DNA of 64,000 nucleotides, taken from positions 124,001-188,000 of the IMG/VR virus record IMGVR_UViG_3300042923_000281. One strand, written 5' to 3'. Position 1 is the first letter of the stretch. The number at the start of each line of letters is the position of its first letter. This document shows, in pieces, positions 55,506-64,000 of the stretch. The notes under the pieces are model-generated. The model saw only the letters and a program-made list of their open reading frames with translations. It ran no database searches and had not been told where the DNA came from. The translations under genes and the position numbers were made by a program.

Positions 55506-56216
55506 TTAAGTAGTTTTCTCTGATGAGGAATGACGGAGGGGTGCTACGTGCTTCTTAAATACATTTTGACCAAAGTCAGGGTTGGATGTCACTGTGACTC
55601 GTTCCACCATGACGCTGATCTCTTCAACGTTGAGGGTTATGTCTGCTTGAAGTGCCAGACGGATTCGTTCGATGTCGTCGTCGCTGATAAAGGAATGTCG
55701 TTGATCTGGCAGGATGGACAACCGAAGGTGCCCGAGATACTCTCCTTGCATGTCCACGATGGCTGCGTGTGCAGTGAATGGCGCGTCTACGCCCTGCATC
55801 ACAGTCAAGCAGTGGTGTTGGTGGTTAAAGACCGTGAACGAGCCGGTCGTGTAACGTTTGACCAGCTTGTCCTCCCAATACGACTCAGGATTGATCCGGA
55901 ACCGGTACTCGTTCATCAGGCGTGCAGCAGGACGACCCCGGTCGCCAAAGTGCACGCTGATCTCTTTACCGACGTGTATCAACTGTTTCTCTGATAAGGA
56001 CTGGAGGAACTCTGGAAGAGCGTTCTCTGTATAGATGTCCTTACCCGACCGGTCGGTCTCCGCACAGAACAAGGCCATTTCTCGACTGAGGTCGATGTCA
56101 ACAATGGCCACGACTGTGAGGTGACGTTTATGTCCAGAGACAGCTTCGTCGAATGTTAAGGTGAGTATTTCTCCTGCCCTGACGAACAACCTCCCCAGCG
56201 TATGATTATCATGCAT
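55506..56216 (-). CDS. hypothetical protein
   Basis: 236 aa; first gene after a promoter motif. Confidence 0.8.
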   Translation of the reverse strand: MHDNHTLGRLFVRAGEILTLTFDEAVSGHKRHLTVVAIVDIDLSREMALFCAETDRSGKDIYTENALPEFLQSLSEKQLIHVGKEISVHFGDRGRPAARLMNEYRFRINPESYWEDKLVKRYTTGSFTVFNHQHHCLTVMQGVDAPFTAHAAIVDMQGEYLGHLRLSILPDQRHSFISDDDIERIRLALQADITLNVEEISVMVERVTVTSNPDFGQNVFKKHVAPLRHSSSEKTT

Positions 56217-56250
56217 AGCTGTGGACCTCAGGTTGAGTTACTTCGCTTGA

Positions 56251-56258
56251 ATAATGTA
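56251..56258 (-). promoter_or_regulatory. putative early promoter TACATTAT
   Basis: Recurrent motif. Confidence 0.55.
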
Positions 56259-56261
56259 GTG

Positions 56262-57644
56262 CTACGATTGCGTTGAATCGCTTGCTTCATCCAAGTACTT
56301 TTTGTACGCCGGGTTCTGACGATCTACCATCACCACCACTTCCGTAGTGATCTGATGAATCTTCTGATGCATCCCGGTTCCGGAGACTGCCGAGTAAGCG
56401 TGAGCGTGAACCACGACCGCTTTGACAAACTCAGGGTTGCCGTCGACCAAGAAGCCCACTTCACATTGCAGTCCAGGACTGATGGCATCTGGGTTACTGT
56501 TCTCCCAGTTCATCGTCAGGAATGCTCCATTGCGCACAGCGATCTTGCTCGCTTCGTTGAATGCGTTGGATGTGCCTATGTCTCCGCTCACACGGGACAT
56601 GTTGTTGGCTTTTCGGCTGACTGCCTCGTACTCATTTGCGTTGTTGGTTCTTTTTGCCACGGCTTTGTTGCCACTGACTTCAAAGAATCCTTCCATCATC
56701 GCGTCGGTATTGGCAAACCGCGTGCCGTTACCTTCGTTCAACAACAGGATCTCAGACGGGTCCATCCGCTGCACACCACCGGTCACAAACACGGTCAAGT
56801 GCTTGTCAACAATCCGCCATGTCCGTTCCACCCCACGGTACTGCTGAGAGGGCGCTAGGATGAACAACGCCGTGTACTCGGCCTCGTCATAGCGGTTGAA
56901 GTTATAAGGCGGCCAGACGTGCCAGAAGCCCTTCTGGAGGTAACATCCGACACCAGCGGTGTAGATCCCACCGAACTCTGCCTGCAACTTGTCTGCCACG
57001 GATACCAGAGGTGTCCCATGTGGGATAATCGTGGTGCCACGCTTGTTCAAGTTGTTCGGCGGAATGCTGTTGATCCCCAAGATGGATTGCTCCACCTCAA
57101 GCTCCATGCCTTTGATCGATTGATCGAGCAAGGCGATCAGGACATCGAACGGCGTGCTGTCTCGAAACACCCCACCCACCAATTCAGAGCGGGTGAGGGA
57201 AAACGCTTCTTCTTGCAACTGCACCGTCACCGTCTTCATACCCGAGAGGTCTGCCGAATACTCGGTGGCCGTCTCGGGGCTGTCTGCCATGGTGGAGGTT
57301 TCACCCTCAGTTGGCAGGTAGACGTTGAAGGTCTGAACCACGATGGCGTCAGCGGTGCGTTCCCCTTGATTACCCACCCGAGATCGGGTCACGGTCATCT
57401 TGAGGTTCTCCTTGAACGGGAGGACGCGGTTCAGGTACTGGCCCCAAGGCAAGACGACTTTGATCAGGACTTCATCCGTGGCCGCATTGCGGTAATCACG
57501 GATGGTGTCGGTGCTGACCACCATCATCGCGGGGATTTCTTCTTTCTCCGTGACGAAGGTGCAATCGAAGCTGTAATAGGACTCTTGCCCATCACGTCTG
57601 ATCAGGTCGTACTCTGCCATGAGGGTCGACTGGGAGAATTCCAT
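56262..57644 (-). CDS. virion structural protein (baseplate-hub-like; phiKZ-family core gene)
   Basis: 460 aa; IIP.GT.L......LQ...GIY..G...Y, WENS.P..I.PG; position downstream of internal-head genes as recalled for phiKZ-like phages. Confidence 0.6.
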   Translation of the reverse strand: MEFSQSTLMAEYDLIRRDGQESYYSFDCTFVTEKEEIPAMMVVSTDTIRDYRNAATDEVLIKVVLPWGQYLNRVLPFKENLKMTVTRSRVGNQGERTADAIVVQTFNVYLPTEGETSTMADSPETATEYSADLSGMKTVTVQLQEEAFSLTRSELVGGVFRDSTPFDVLIALLDQSIKGMELEVEQSILGINSIPPNNLNKRGTTIIPHGTPLVSVADKLQAEFGGIYTAGVGCYLQKGFWHVWPPYNFNRYDEAEYTALFILAPSQQYRGVERTWRIVDKHLTVFVTGGVQRMDPSEILLLNEGNGTRFANTDAMMEGFFEVSGNKAVAKRTNNANEYEAVSRKANNMSRVSGDIGTSNAFNEASKIAVRNGAFLTMNWENSNPDAISPGLQCEVGFLVDGNPEFVKAVVVHAHAYSAVSGTGMHQKIHQITTEVVVMVDRQNPAYKKYLDEASDSTQS

Positions 57645-57659
57645 GAGGACCCCTTACGG

Positions 57660-58256
57660 TTACTTGCGTGCCTGGTTACGTTCGGCCAGCAGTGCTTCGA
57701 TACGACCCATGATCGGGGCGGTCTCTTGAACTGTGGTGCCCACGCCAGTTGGGTTGAACAGTTCTTCTGCACCGGCAATGCCACCAAACAACGAGGACAT
57801 GCGCTTGAGGTGAGGAACGTCGTCGACCTTAGGCTTAAAGCCCATGACCTGTGCCTGAATGGTCTTGCAGTAGTCGGACATCAAGTACAACGACTGAAGG
57901 GGTGCATCCTTGACGTTCGGGTCATGGTTGACGTGGCGTTGCCAGAAGCCCAAGTGAGCCACCAAGACTTCGTAGATGGTCACCAAGTCCTCACGGTGTT
58001 GCATCAGGACGTCAGCACCCTTCTCGTACAGCTTGAGGATGTCAACAATGCTGCCACCGACGTTCACGTACTCGTTCATGGCATCGGCATCGCCTTTCTT
58101 CGACCCGGTGCTCAGATGACCGACCTTCTCGTTGTACTCCCGCGAGTAGCGGTAGTAGCCCGGGATGGCGTAGAGGTACGTGGCGTTGAAGATGTGCTTG
58201 CGGACCGAATCAATGTTGGTCAGGTCCAGACCCGGGAACATGGTCTTGTTGGTCAC
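57660..58256 (-). CDS. conserved phiKZ-family hypothetical protein
   Basis: GTG start with AGGAG RBS; coupled to the upstream gene. Confidence 0.75.
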   Translation of the reverse strand: MTNKTMFPGLDLTNIDSVRKHIFNATYLYAIPGYYRYSREYNEKVGHLSTGSKKGDADAMNEYVNVGGSIVDILKLYEKGADVLMQHREDLVTIYEVLVAHLGFWQRHVNHDPNVKDAPLQSLYLMSDYCKTIQAQVMGFKPKVDDVPHLKRMSSLFGGIAGAEELFNPTGVGTTVQETAPIMGRIEALLAERNQARK

Positions 58257-59677
58257 TTGAATCTCCTTTTGAACACGCGCAGCAGCGTGAACAGAATAGG
58301 GAAGTAATAGAAGCGTTCCAGGTTGTCCCAATGGATGGCGTGTGTGCAGAGGTAGTCAAGCGTGGTGATGTCGATGGCATCGCCTTTCATGGCGGCCATG
58401 GTCAATGCTTCCAGCTTGCTCAACTTCGTGTCTGGCTTGTGCAGATAGAAGTCTTTACTCAGCACGTAATAGTTGTCGACCGTGACACGCTTGATCTGTG
58501 GGGTACGCTCTGGCGAGTTAACCTCATAGATTTCCAGCGTCGGGTCTACATTTAACGTATCCTTGAGCAGACGGTTCAGATCCCGGAACCGGGCAGCACC
58601 ACGCACCAGCCGTTCGAGGTCTGGATCACCGATGTACGGGCCATAACCGCTGTCTGCGTCAGTACGGGACATGTCAGGGTAGATGACGGCTTCAACACCC
58701 GAGTAGTACACGCTGTTCAACGTAGGACGACGGTTGAAGAACTGGTCCACGTCCACCACACCTGCCTCGTGAACACTCATGGCCAGCATGGCATGGTCCA
58801 TGGTCTCCAGACAGTTCCAGAACGTGAACTCGTACATCGTCTGGTCGCCCTGGACGTTGAACTCGGTCAGGCTGCGCATGGCCGGATGATCCTGAGTGGT
58901 CAGGATGGTCTTCAGGTAACGCACGAGGAACGGGTCGTAGGTGATCCGTGGACGTTGGGCTTCACGCTGGTTCGGCACCAGCAACGAGTTCAGGTTACGG
59001 GAGAAGTGATCGTGGAAGTACAAGGCGATCAGACGCTCGTAGTGTTCCTTGAGGCGGTTGACCAGTTCGGTCTGCCCCTCGGAGATCATTGGATCGTTGC
59101 CGGTGTCCAAGAACTCCTTGTGGAAGACCGTGGTCTCTTGGGCACTGAAGTTGTACAGCTTGTCATGCAGCTCTTGATCGACAGGGCTGATGAGGCTGTA
59201 CTCGATCTCGTGAACGGTCGAGGTGTAGTGCGTCAGTCGATTGGTCGACGTCACACCAAACATGCCTTCACGGCCATCGCCCATGTCACCCAGGAAGATG
59301 TCGCCTTCCTTCGGTGGAAGCACCCCGTAGACGTTTGCAGCGCCTTTGAGCGTCATGTCCTTGGTGTCGCCCACCTGAGACGGCGTCAACGGCTGCGTGA
59401 CCTTCAGTTCAAAGCCCTTGATGAGCTTGTACTGTTGGAAGATCGGGTGCGTGTCCCGTTCTTGCAAGCGGTTGTCATCGTCCCGACCACGGATCAACCA
59501 GAAGTAGTCGATGGTCCACGACTGGCCTGCAATGTAGCTGGTCAACTGGTCGAAGTGGGTTTCACTTGTGTCGACCGTATTACCGATGTAGGCCTTCGGT
59601 TGGACCTTGACAGGTTCATTGACCGGCTTGCCGACAACGGTGTCGATGTTAGGCATCGTTGGAACTGGCATCTTCAT
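58253..59677 (-). CDS. virion structural protein
   Basis: 474 aa; L..YI.G..W..DY, P.EGD.F..D.GDGR.G.F.V, YDPF. Confidence 0.65.
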   Translation of the reverse strand: MKMPVPTMPNIDTVVGKPVNEPVKVQPKAYIGNTVDTSETHFDQLTSYIAGQSWTIDYFWLIRGRDDDNRLQERDTHPIFQQYKLIKGFELKVTQPLTPSQVGDTKDMTLKGAANVYGVLPPKEGDIFLGDMGDGREGMFGVTSTNRLTHYTSTVHEIEYSLISPVDQELHDKLYNFSAQETTVFHKEFLDTGNDPMISEGQTELVNRLKEHYERLIALYFHDHFSRNLNSLLVPNQREAQRPRITYDPFLVRYLKTILTTQDHPAMRSLTEFNVQGDQTMYEFTFWNCLETMDHAMLAMSVHEAGVVDVDQFFNRRPTLNSVYYSGVEAVIYPDMSRTDADSGYGPYIGDPDLERLVRGAARFRDLNRLLKDTLNVDPTLEIYEVNSPERTPQIKRVTVDNYYVLSKDFYLHKPDTKLSKLEALTMAAMKGDAIDITTLDYLCTHAIHWDNLERFYYFPILFTLLRVFKRRFK

Positions 59678-61310
59678 TCACCCTGTTACGGTTACCAGCA
59701 ATGACCGTCAAGTACATCACGTACGGAATGTCAAGACGGAAGCCGAAGTTGTCATCATTGTCATACCAGCTTTCGCTAGGGTGACGGTTGTTATTGTTGC
59801 TGCCATCAGGCCCTGGACCGTTGTTCTCAGACCCGACACGCTGATCCTGCAAGAAGCCAAAGAAGCGCTTGATGTAGGAGATGCTGAGTTTGCCGTCTTC
59901 CGTCATGTGGTTCTGTTGAGCGTCCACGACGTCCAAACGGTTGACCACAGTCTGGAACAGGTGCAGGGTGTTGTACCCTTCCTCATGCATGCCCATCAGA
60001 GCCGCTTCGGTGTACTTGGCCAGCTCGGTGCAGAACGCCATACGCACGTGGTACGTTTGACGCAAGTCGGCTGGGGTCTTGCAGCGGATCTCGAACGCTT
60101 TGTCCGTGACGGTCACTTCCATGTCGCCATCGTCGATGAACTGATCACCGCGGAACAAACTGAAGTGAATCGGACTACGGCCCAACGTGGCCATCTTGTT
60201 GCCCTGACGCTGCATCCACGCGATGAACTCAGGCTTGAAGCCCACATCAAGGATATCCTTCTCCGAGAGCACCAGCGTCAAGTCAGCCGGTTCAATCACC
60301 GTCATCCAGTTGATGAACGAGGTGGTGTACGGCATGACGGACTTGGGAATCCACTCATCGAAGTCAGGGATCATGATCCCGCCGATTGGCTTCTTCGGAA
60401 TGCGAGCCAAGTAGTCGAAGTGATCCAGCGCAAAGCGGTAGTCGCTCTTGTAGCTGGGCAGCATCATCGGGTCTTCGGTCTTCGCCTTGATGACGAGGAA
60501 GTCAGGTTTGATGAGCTGGTTGTGCACGATCTGCGGGTAGTACACGTTCAGCTCTACAGGCTTCAGGTAACTGAACTTGTAGTTGAACTGCACGATGTAA
60601 CTTGGACCGTCTTCCTGCTTCTCTTCTTCCACAGGCAGGTCGAAGTCGAACCATCCTTGGATACCGATCTGGGTTTCACCGATGACCAACAGCGTAACGT
60701 TTTCATTACCGGCTTGGTTGGTCAGGACTTTGGCCCGCTTGGTGTAATAACGACGCAAGTATTCGCCAAGGTTCTCACCGTAACCGGCTACGTTCTCACG
60801 CAGCTCATGCATGTGGATCAACAGACCTGCACAGAAGTCTGGCACAGCAAAGAAGTACTCGGCTTGGTGCAAGTGCGATTGACGGTTGTCTGCCATGCGC
60901 ACTTTGATGTCGTCACGCCACACAGCCGCTTCCTGTTTGGACTTGGCACGGTAGGTGAAGTTCAGCTCCATCTCGGTGTTGCTGTAGATGGGTTTGATGT
61001 GCACGCCAATCTGAGGATCAGCAAAAATAGGTTGGGCATACGGGTGACGGACTTCGCTGTTGATCACCTCGGTGTCCACGTAAGTTTCACGCAGCGAGAC
61101 AATTACACGCCCGTCATGTTGCCAGCGGTTAATCAGTTTGGTGTCGCCCAGTTCAGTACCGGGCTGTGCGGCTACACCCGAATCGCCCCTGATCTCAATA
61201 CGAGTGTCGGGAATGCGGGAGATGCGCACGACGTTGTCAATCACCGACTTGGCCACACGGCGTGTGACGGTATCGTAAGTGTTCGGCAACGGGATAAGAA
61301 GGTTAGGCAT
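59649..61310 (-). CDS. virion structural protein
   Basis: 553 aa core-block ORF between internal-head and baseplate-type genes. Confidence 0.65.
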   Translation of the reverse strand: MPNLLIPLPNTYDTVTRRVAKSVIDNVVRISRIPDTRIEIRGDSGVAAQPGTELGDTKLINRWQHDGRVIVSLRETYVDTEVINSEVRHPYAQPIFADPQIGVHIKPIYSNTEMELNFTYRAKSKQEAAVWRDDIKVRMADNRQSHLHQAEYFFAVPDFCAGLLIHMHELRENVAGYGENLGEYLRRYYTKRAKVLTNQAGNENVTLLVIGETQIGIQGWFDFDLPVEEEKQEDGPSYIVQFNYKFSYLKPVELNVYYPQIVHNQLIKPDFLVIKAKTEDPMMLPSYKSDYRFALDHFDYLARIPKKPIGGIMIPDFDEWIPKSVMPYTTSFINWMTVIEPADLTLVLSEKDILDVGFKPEFIAWMQRQGNKMATLGRSPIHFSLFRGDQFIDDGDMEVTVTDKAFEIRCKTPADLRQTYHVRMAFCTELAKYTEAALMGMHEEGYNTLHLFQTVVNRLDVVDAQQNHMTEDGKLSISYIKRFFGFLQDQRVGSENNGPGPDGSNNNNRHPSESWYDNDDNFGFRLDIPYVMYLTVIAGNRNRVNEDASSNDA

Positions 61311-61356
61311 GGGGGCTCCCCCGGATGGATGATCTCTGACATAAAATCAGTCGATT

Positions 61357-61387
61357 CGGCATAGGAGGAGGACCGAAGTCCTCCTCC
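61357..61387 (-). terminator. hairpin plus TATGCCG
   Basis: GGAGGAGGAC-TTCG-GTCCTCCTCC-TATGCCG. Confidence 0.8.
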
Positions 61388-61392
61388 GTTGA

Positions 61393-62817
61393 TCAGCGGT
61401 TGACAGCCACGTAAGCTTTCATCTGCTCTTCCAGCACGTACAGCAGGCCATCGGCGTAGCGGTACATTGGGGAGCGCAGGGTCAGCGTGTGGTAGTACGC
61501 CTTGTCGAGGAACATGAACATCGCGGTGCAACCCACGTCCAGAGCACGCCACAGCTCGTTGTTCATGTGCGGGAATTCCATCGACACGATCATGGTGTAC
61601 AGGCGGTTGTACACTTTGTTCGCTTGAGCCCAGGCACTGGCCAGTTCGTCGTAGTAGGTCATGTCGGTCAGACCGGCATCGTCCAGGATGGTGCCCACGG
61701 CGTCCAGCACAGTGTGGAGGACTGGCATGTCGTAGACAGTGCTTGGCACCGAACCCACTTGACGATACTTCACGAACGCTTGGTTCATGTCGACCAGACG
61801 CACCAGTTCCATGATCCATTCAGCATCACGGTAGTTGGTACGATACTGCTTGGACGGGTCCATGAAGGTCATACCGCCGACCACTTCACGTTCACGGATG
61901 TTCGCCGAAGCGAAGTACGTGTCGATTGGCAGTGGCTGAGTGACGGTCTTGAAGATCGCACGCATCTTCTCTTCAGCAGCGATTTCGTCACGGGCAACCA
62001 GCACGTCAGCAATCACATCGCCGATAGCATCGGAACGGGTGATGGCGTCTTTGTACAGGTTCTCGTTGGCGAACTTCATCAGGTCAGACGCTTCTTTGAT
62101 CGCGGCCGACATGGTGGTTTGTTCGAACGGCACGAAGGCCCCGTCACGGTACATAGCGAACAACGCTTTCGGGTTGTAACGCATTTGCTTGACCGGGATG
62201 CCGTAGTCTTCGCCAATGGACGACATGCGCTTCTGAACGGCTTCAGCACGCTCGAGCAACGACTGACGGTTCACGGACACACGACGCTGGTTGATCGCCA
62301 TGTTCTGGAACTTCTCGACGATCCACTTCTTGATCGACAGCAGGGCTTTCTTCACCCAGTCAACCAGACCTTCCATCGAGGCAGTGGTGATCACGTTGTC
62401 AGCAGACACCAATACCGGCGCTTCTTCACCAATCCCGTACTGGGAGTTGATGTTGCCGATGGCAGTGTTCGCTGCTACCAGAGCGGTGTCGTCAATGCTT
62501 TCCATCGAAGCGATGGTAGCCAGCATTTCCATGGACGCCATGGTACCGCCGACCATTTCCTTGATGTCGTTGATCGAGCCACGCAGTTCAGCGTGTTCCA
62601 TCTCGTTCTGCTCAAGGAAGTCACGGCAGGATTCAGACAGGAAGTCCGCGTCCTTGTAACGTTCGTCTTTCATGTGCTCAGTCACGTCAGCAGCGATCTG
62701 CTCGGAGGTGATGAGGGACAGGCCTTCGACAGGACCTTGGTCATCGGTGTTGGTGGCGACTGGTTGAGTCACACCCGACAACGAATTGGCGAGCAGGGAT
62801 TCCAAACTGGCTTTCAT
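61393..62817 (-). CDS. internal head (ejection) protein, phiKZ gp93/gp97-type paralog family
   Basis: Acidic propeptide with repeated ASLE/ASME sites, then ..EGL.DW.KK....IKKWI..KF helix. Confidence 0.75.
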   Translation of the reverse strand: MKASLESLLANSLSGVTQPVATNTDDQGPVEGLSLITSEQIAADVTEHMKDERYKDADFLSESCRDFLEQNEMEHAELRGSINDIKEMVGGTMASMEMLATIASMESIDDTALVAANTAIGNINSQYGIGEEAPVLVSADNVITTASMEGLVDWVKKALLSIKKWIVEKFQNMAINQRRVSVNRQSLLERAEAVQKRMSSIGEDYGIPVKQMRYNPKALFAMYRDGAFVPFEQTTMSAAIKEASDLMKFANENLYKDAITRSDAIGDVIADVLVARDEIAAEEKMRAIFKTVTQPLPIDTYFASANIREREVVGGMTFMDPSKQYRTNYRDAEWIMELVRLVDMNQAFVKYRQVGSVPSTVYDMPVLHTVLDAVGTILDDAGLTDMTYYDELASAWAQANKVYNRLYTMIVSMEFPHMNNELWRALDVGCTAMFMFLDKAYYHTLTLRSPMYRYADGLLYVLEEQMKAYVAVNR

Positions 62818-62826
62818 GTCAGTTCC

Positions 62827-64000
62827 TTATTGAGCAGCGAGAGACTTGCGACCGTAGGTCAGCAGGTTGCGGGAAACAGTCAACAGGTTGGTGGTCATCT
62901 GATCCACCGGGCCAATGGCCCACCCTGCGTAGTTGCGTACAAAACGAAGCACGCTTTCATCAGCCCCAGTGCCGTCCGAAGAGGCCGTGGCTTGGAAGCG
63001 TTCACCGGCACGCAAGACATTCTTGATCTGAGCTTCGACTTTGTTGAAACCAATCGAGCGCTCTTGAGCATCAATCACGTCCAGGATCTCGACCACGCGC
63101 TTGGCAATGATCTCGACCTGCATCCCACTGGCTGCTTTCACAGACCCGGAGATGATGCTGGCGGAGTTGACACTGGTCAGGGCAAACTTCACCCCAGTGG
63201 TTCGCACAGCTTGTGCAAAGCCCAGAGGGTTAGCGGCAGCAAGGCCGCGTTGCTCAGGTTCCAGCGTCAGGAAGAACAGCGACCACCCACCGATGATCGG
63301 AGGAGCAGTCAGGGTCAGGCGACGACCAAAGCGAGGGTCACGGTACACCATGGCCTTCATCTTCGACGCAATCTGATCCACAGGCATGGTGGAGAACAGG
63401 TTGGACACCTCGTTCAACTTGGAGGTACCTGCGTTACCATCAGTGAGCATGCGTTCAAACTGCTTACCGATTTCCAACATGCCAGGACCGTACGCGTCAG
63501 TGAAGATCTTGTACTGGTCCAGCGCTGCACTGACCGACCGGATGATGGCATCTGGATCAGACAATACGTTGCTACCGGCGATCAAGGACTTGATCTCAAG
63601 ACCTAGGTCGATGTTCGGTTTACGCACGGTGCCGTAACGGCGCACAGCAGCTTGTTTGGCGAGGTGTTGAGCCGAGATGCGCAGACGGCCACGGTACGTG
63701 GAGATCTTGCCCCAGAAGCCTTTGAGGGACTTCAGGAGAGACAGGATCGCACCAACCAACCGCTTCCACAGTTCCTTGAGGCGATCCTTCAAAGATTCCG
63801 TGGAGACAGTACCGTTCTCGTGACCTTCCAGCTCAGGGATGATGTCAGCGACTGTCAGTCCGATGTTACCGATGAGGTTTTCGAAGCTGACAGTAATGGA
63901 GGCCTTGTGGCCCGGAGTAACAACTTCATGGCTGCCCAGATGGTTGATCAGGGCTTCCAGTGAGTCGGTGGCATTGAGCAGTGATTCGAGTTGGGCTTTC
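62827..64000 (-). CDS. internal head protein paralog (partial, 5' end outside window)
   Basis: Frame open to the edge; SLE/SFE/VSTE-SLKDRLKELWKRL pattern. Confidence 0.75.
   Translation of the reverse strand, partial: KAQLESLLNATDSLEALINHLGSHEVVTPGHKASITVSFENLIGNIGLTVADIIPELEGHENGTVSTESLKDRLKELWKRLVGAILSLLKSLKGFWGKISTYRGRLRISAQHLAKQAAVRRYGTVRKPNIDLGLEIKSLIAGSNVLSDPDAIIRSVSAALDQYKIFTDAYGPGMLEIGKQFERMLTDGNAGTSKLNEVSNLFSTMPVDQIASKMKAMVYRDPRFGRRLTLTAPPIIGGWSLFFLTLEPEQRGLAAANPLGFAQAVRTTGVKFALTSVNSASIISGSVKAASGMQVEIIAKRVVEILDVIDAQERSIGFNKVEAQIKNVLRAGERFQATASSDGTGADESVLRFVRNYAGWAIGPVDQMTTNLLTVSRNLLTYGRKSLAAQ

Noticed and set aside
647-61387. Repeated GAGGGC/GGAC-CGAA-G hairpins as CRISPR or REP/mobile repeats
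   Set aside because: They are dispersed singly at gene ends with variable stems and no regular spacers; consistent with UUCG terminators
23543-63606. Very long antisense ORFs (e.g. 23543..25183, 40243..41910, 56919..58307, 59607..61364, 61489..63606 on +)
   Set aside because: They are codon-aligned shadows of real minus-strand genes, caused by avoidance of TTA/CTA/TCA codons; they show V/H/Q/D-biased composition and no motifs
1-64000. Stop-codon reassignment or tRNA genes
   Set aside because: Genes end normally with TAA, TGA and TAG at high coding density, and no tRNA cloverleaf was recognised in the intergenic gaps

Overview
This is a 64 kb segment of a phiKZ-like (Chimalliviridae-type) jumbo phage genome, probably infecting Pseudomonas or a related proteobacterium; the host is an inference. 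Most genes are on the minus strand. Nucleotide and replication genes: DHFR, NAD-dependent DNA ligase, an insertion-rich thymidylate synthase and thymidylate kinase. A plus-strand array of paralogous tail/baseplate-fibre proteins runs from 9.7 to 21.4 kb, followed by a minus-strand tail-fibre block at 21.4-26.2 kb. A long accessory/early region (26-56 kb) holds an AlpA-like HTH protein, an HD phosphodiesterase, a 2OG-Fe(II) oxygenase, an SPFH lipoprotein, SspB, SLOG and Macro domains, and a protein with a Tat signal. A conserved virion block with internal-head proteins fills 56-64 kb. Regulatory signals are clear: an early-promoter-like TACATTAY motif at 7 sites and GC hairpins flanked by a conserved TATGCC(G) at 11 sites. 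The most unusual observation is a roughly 180-nt unit at about 9300-9482 (minus strand) with no long same-strand ORF, bounded by a promoter motif and a terminator. It carries two tracts complementary to the 16S rRNA 3' end, one of them 17 nt with full pairing when G-U is allowed, and is a candidate ribosome-binding phage sRNA. No tRNA, rRNA, CRISPR array or integrase was seen. Family names were assigned by eye from motifs, not by database search.
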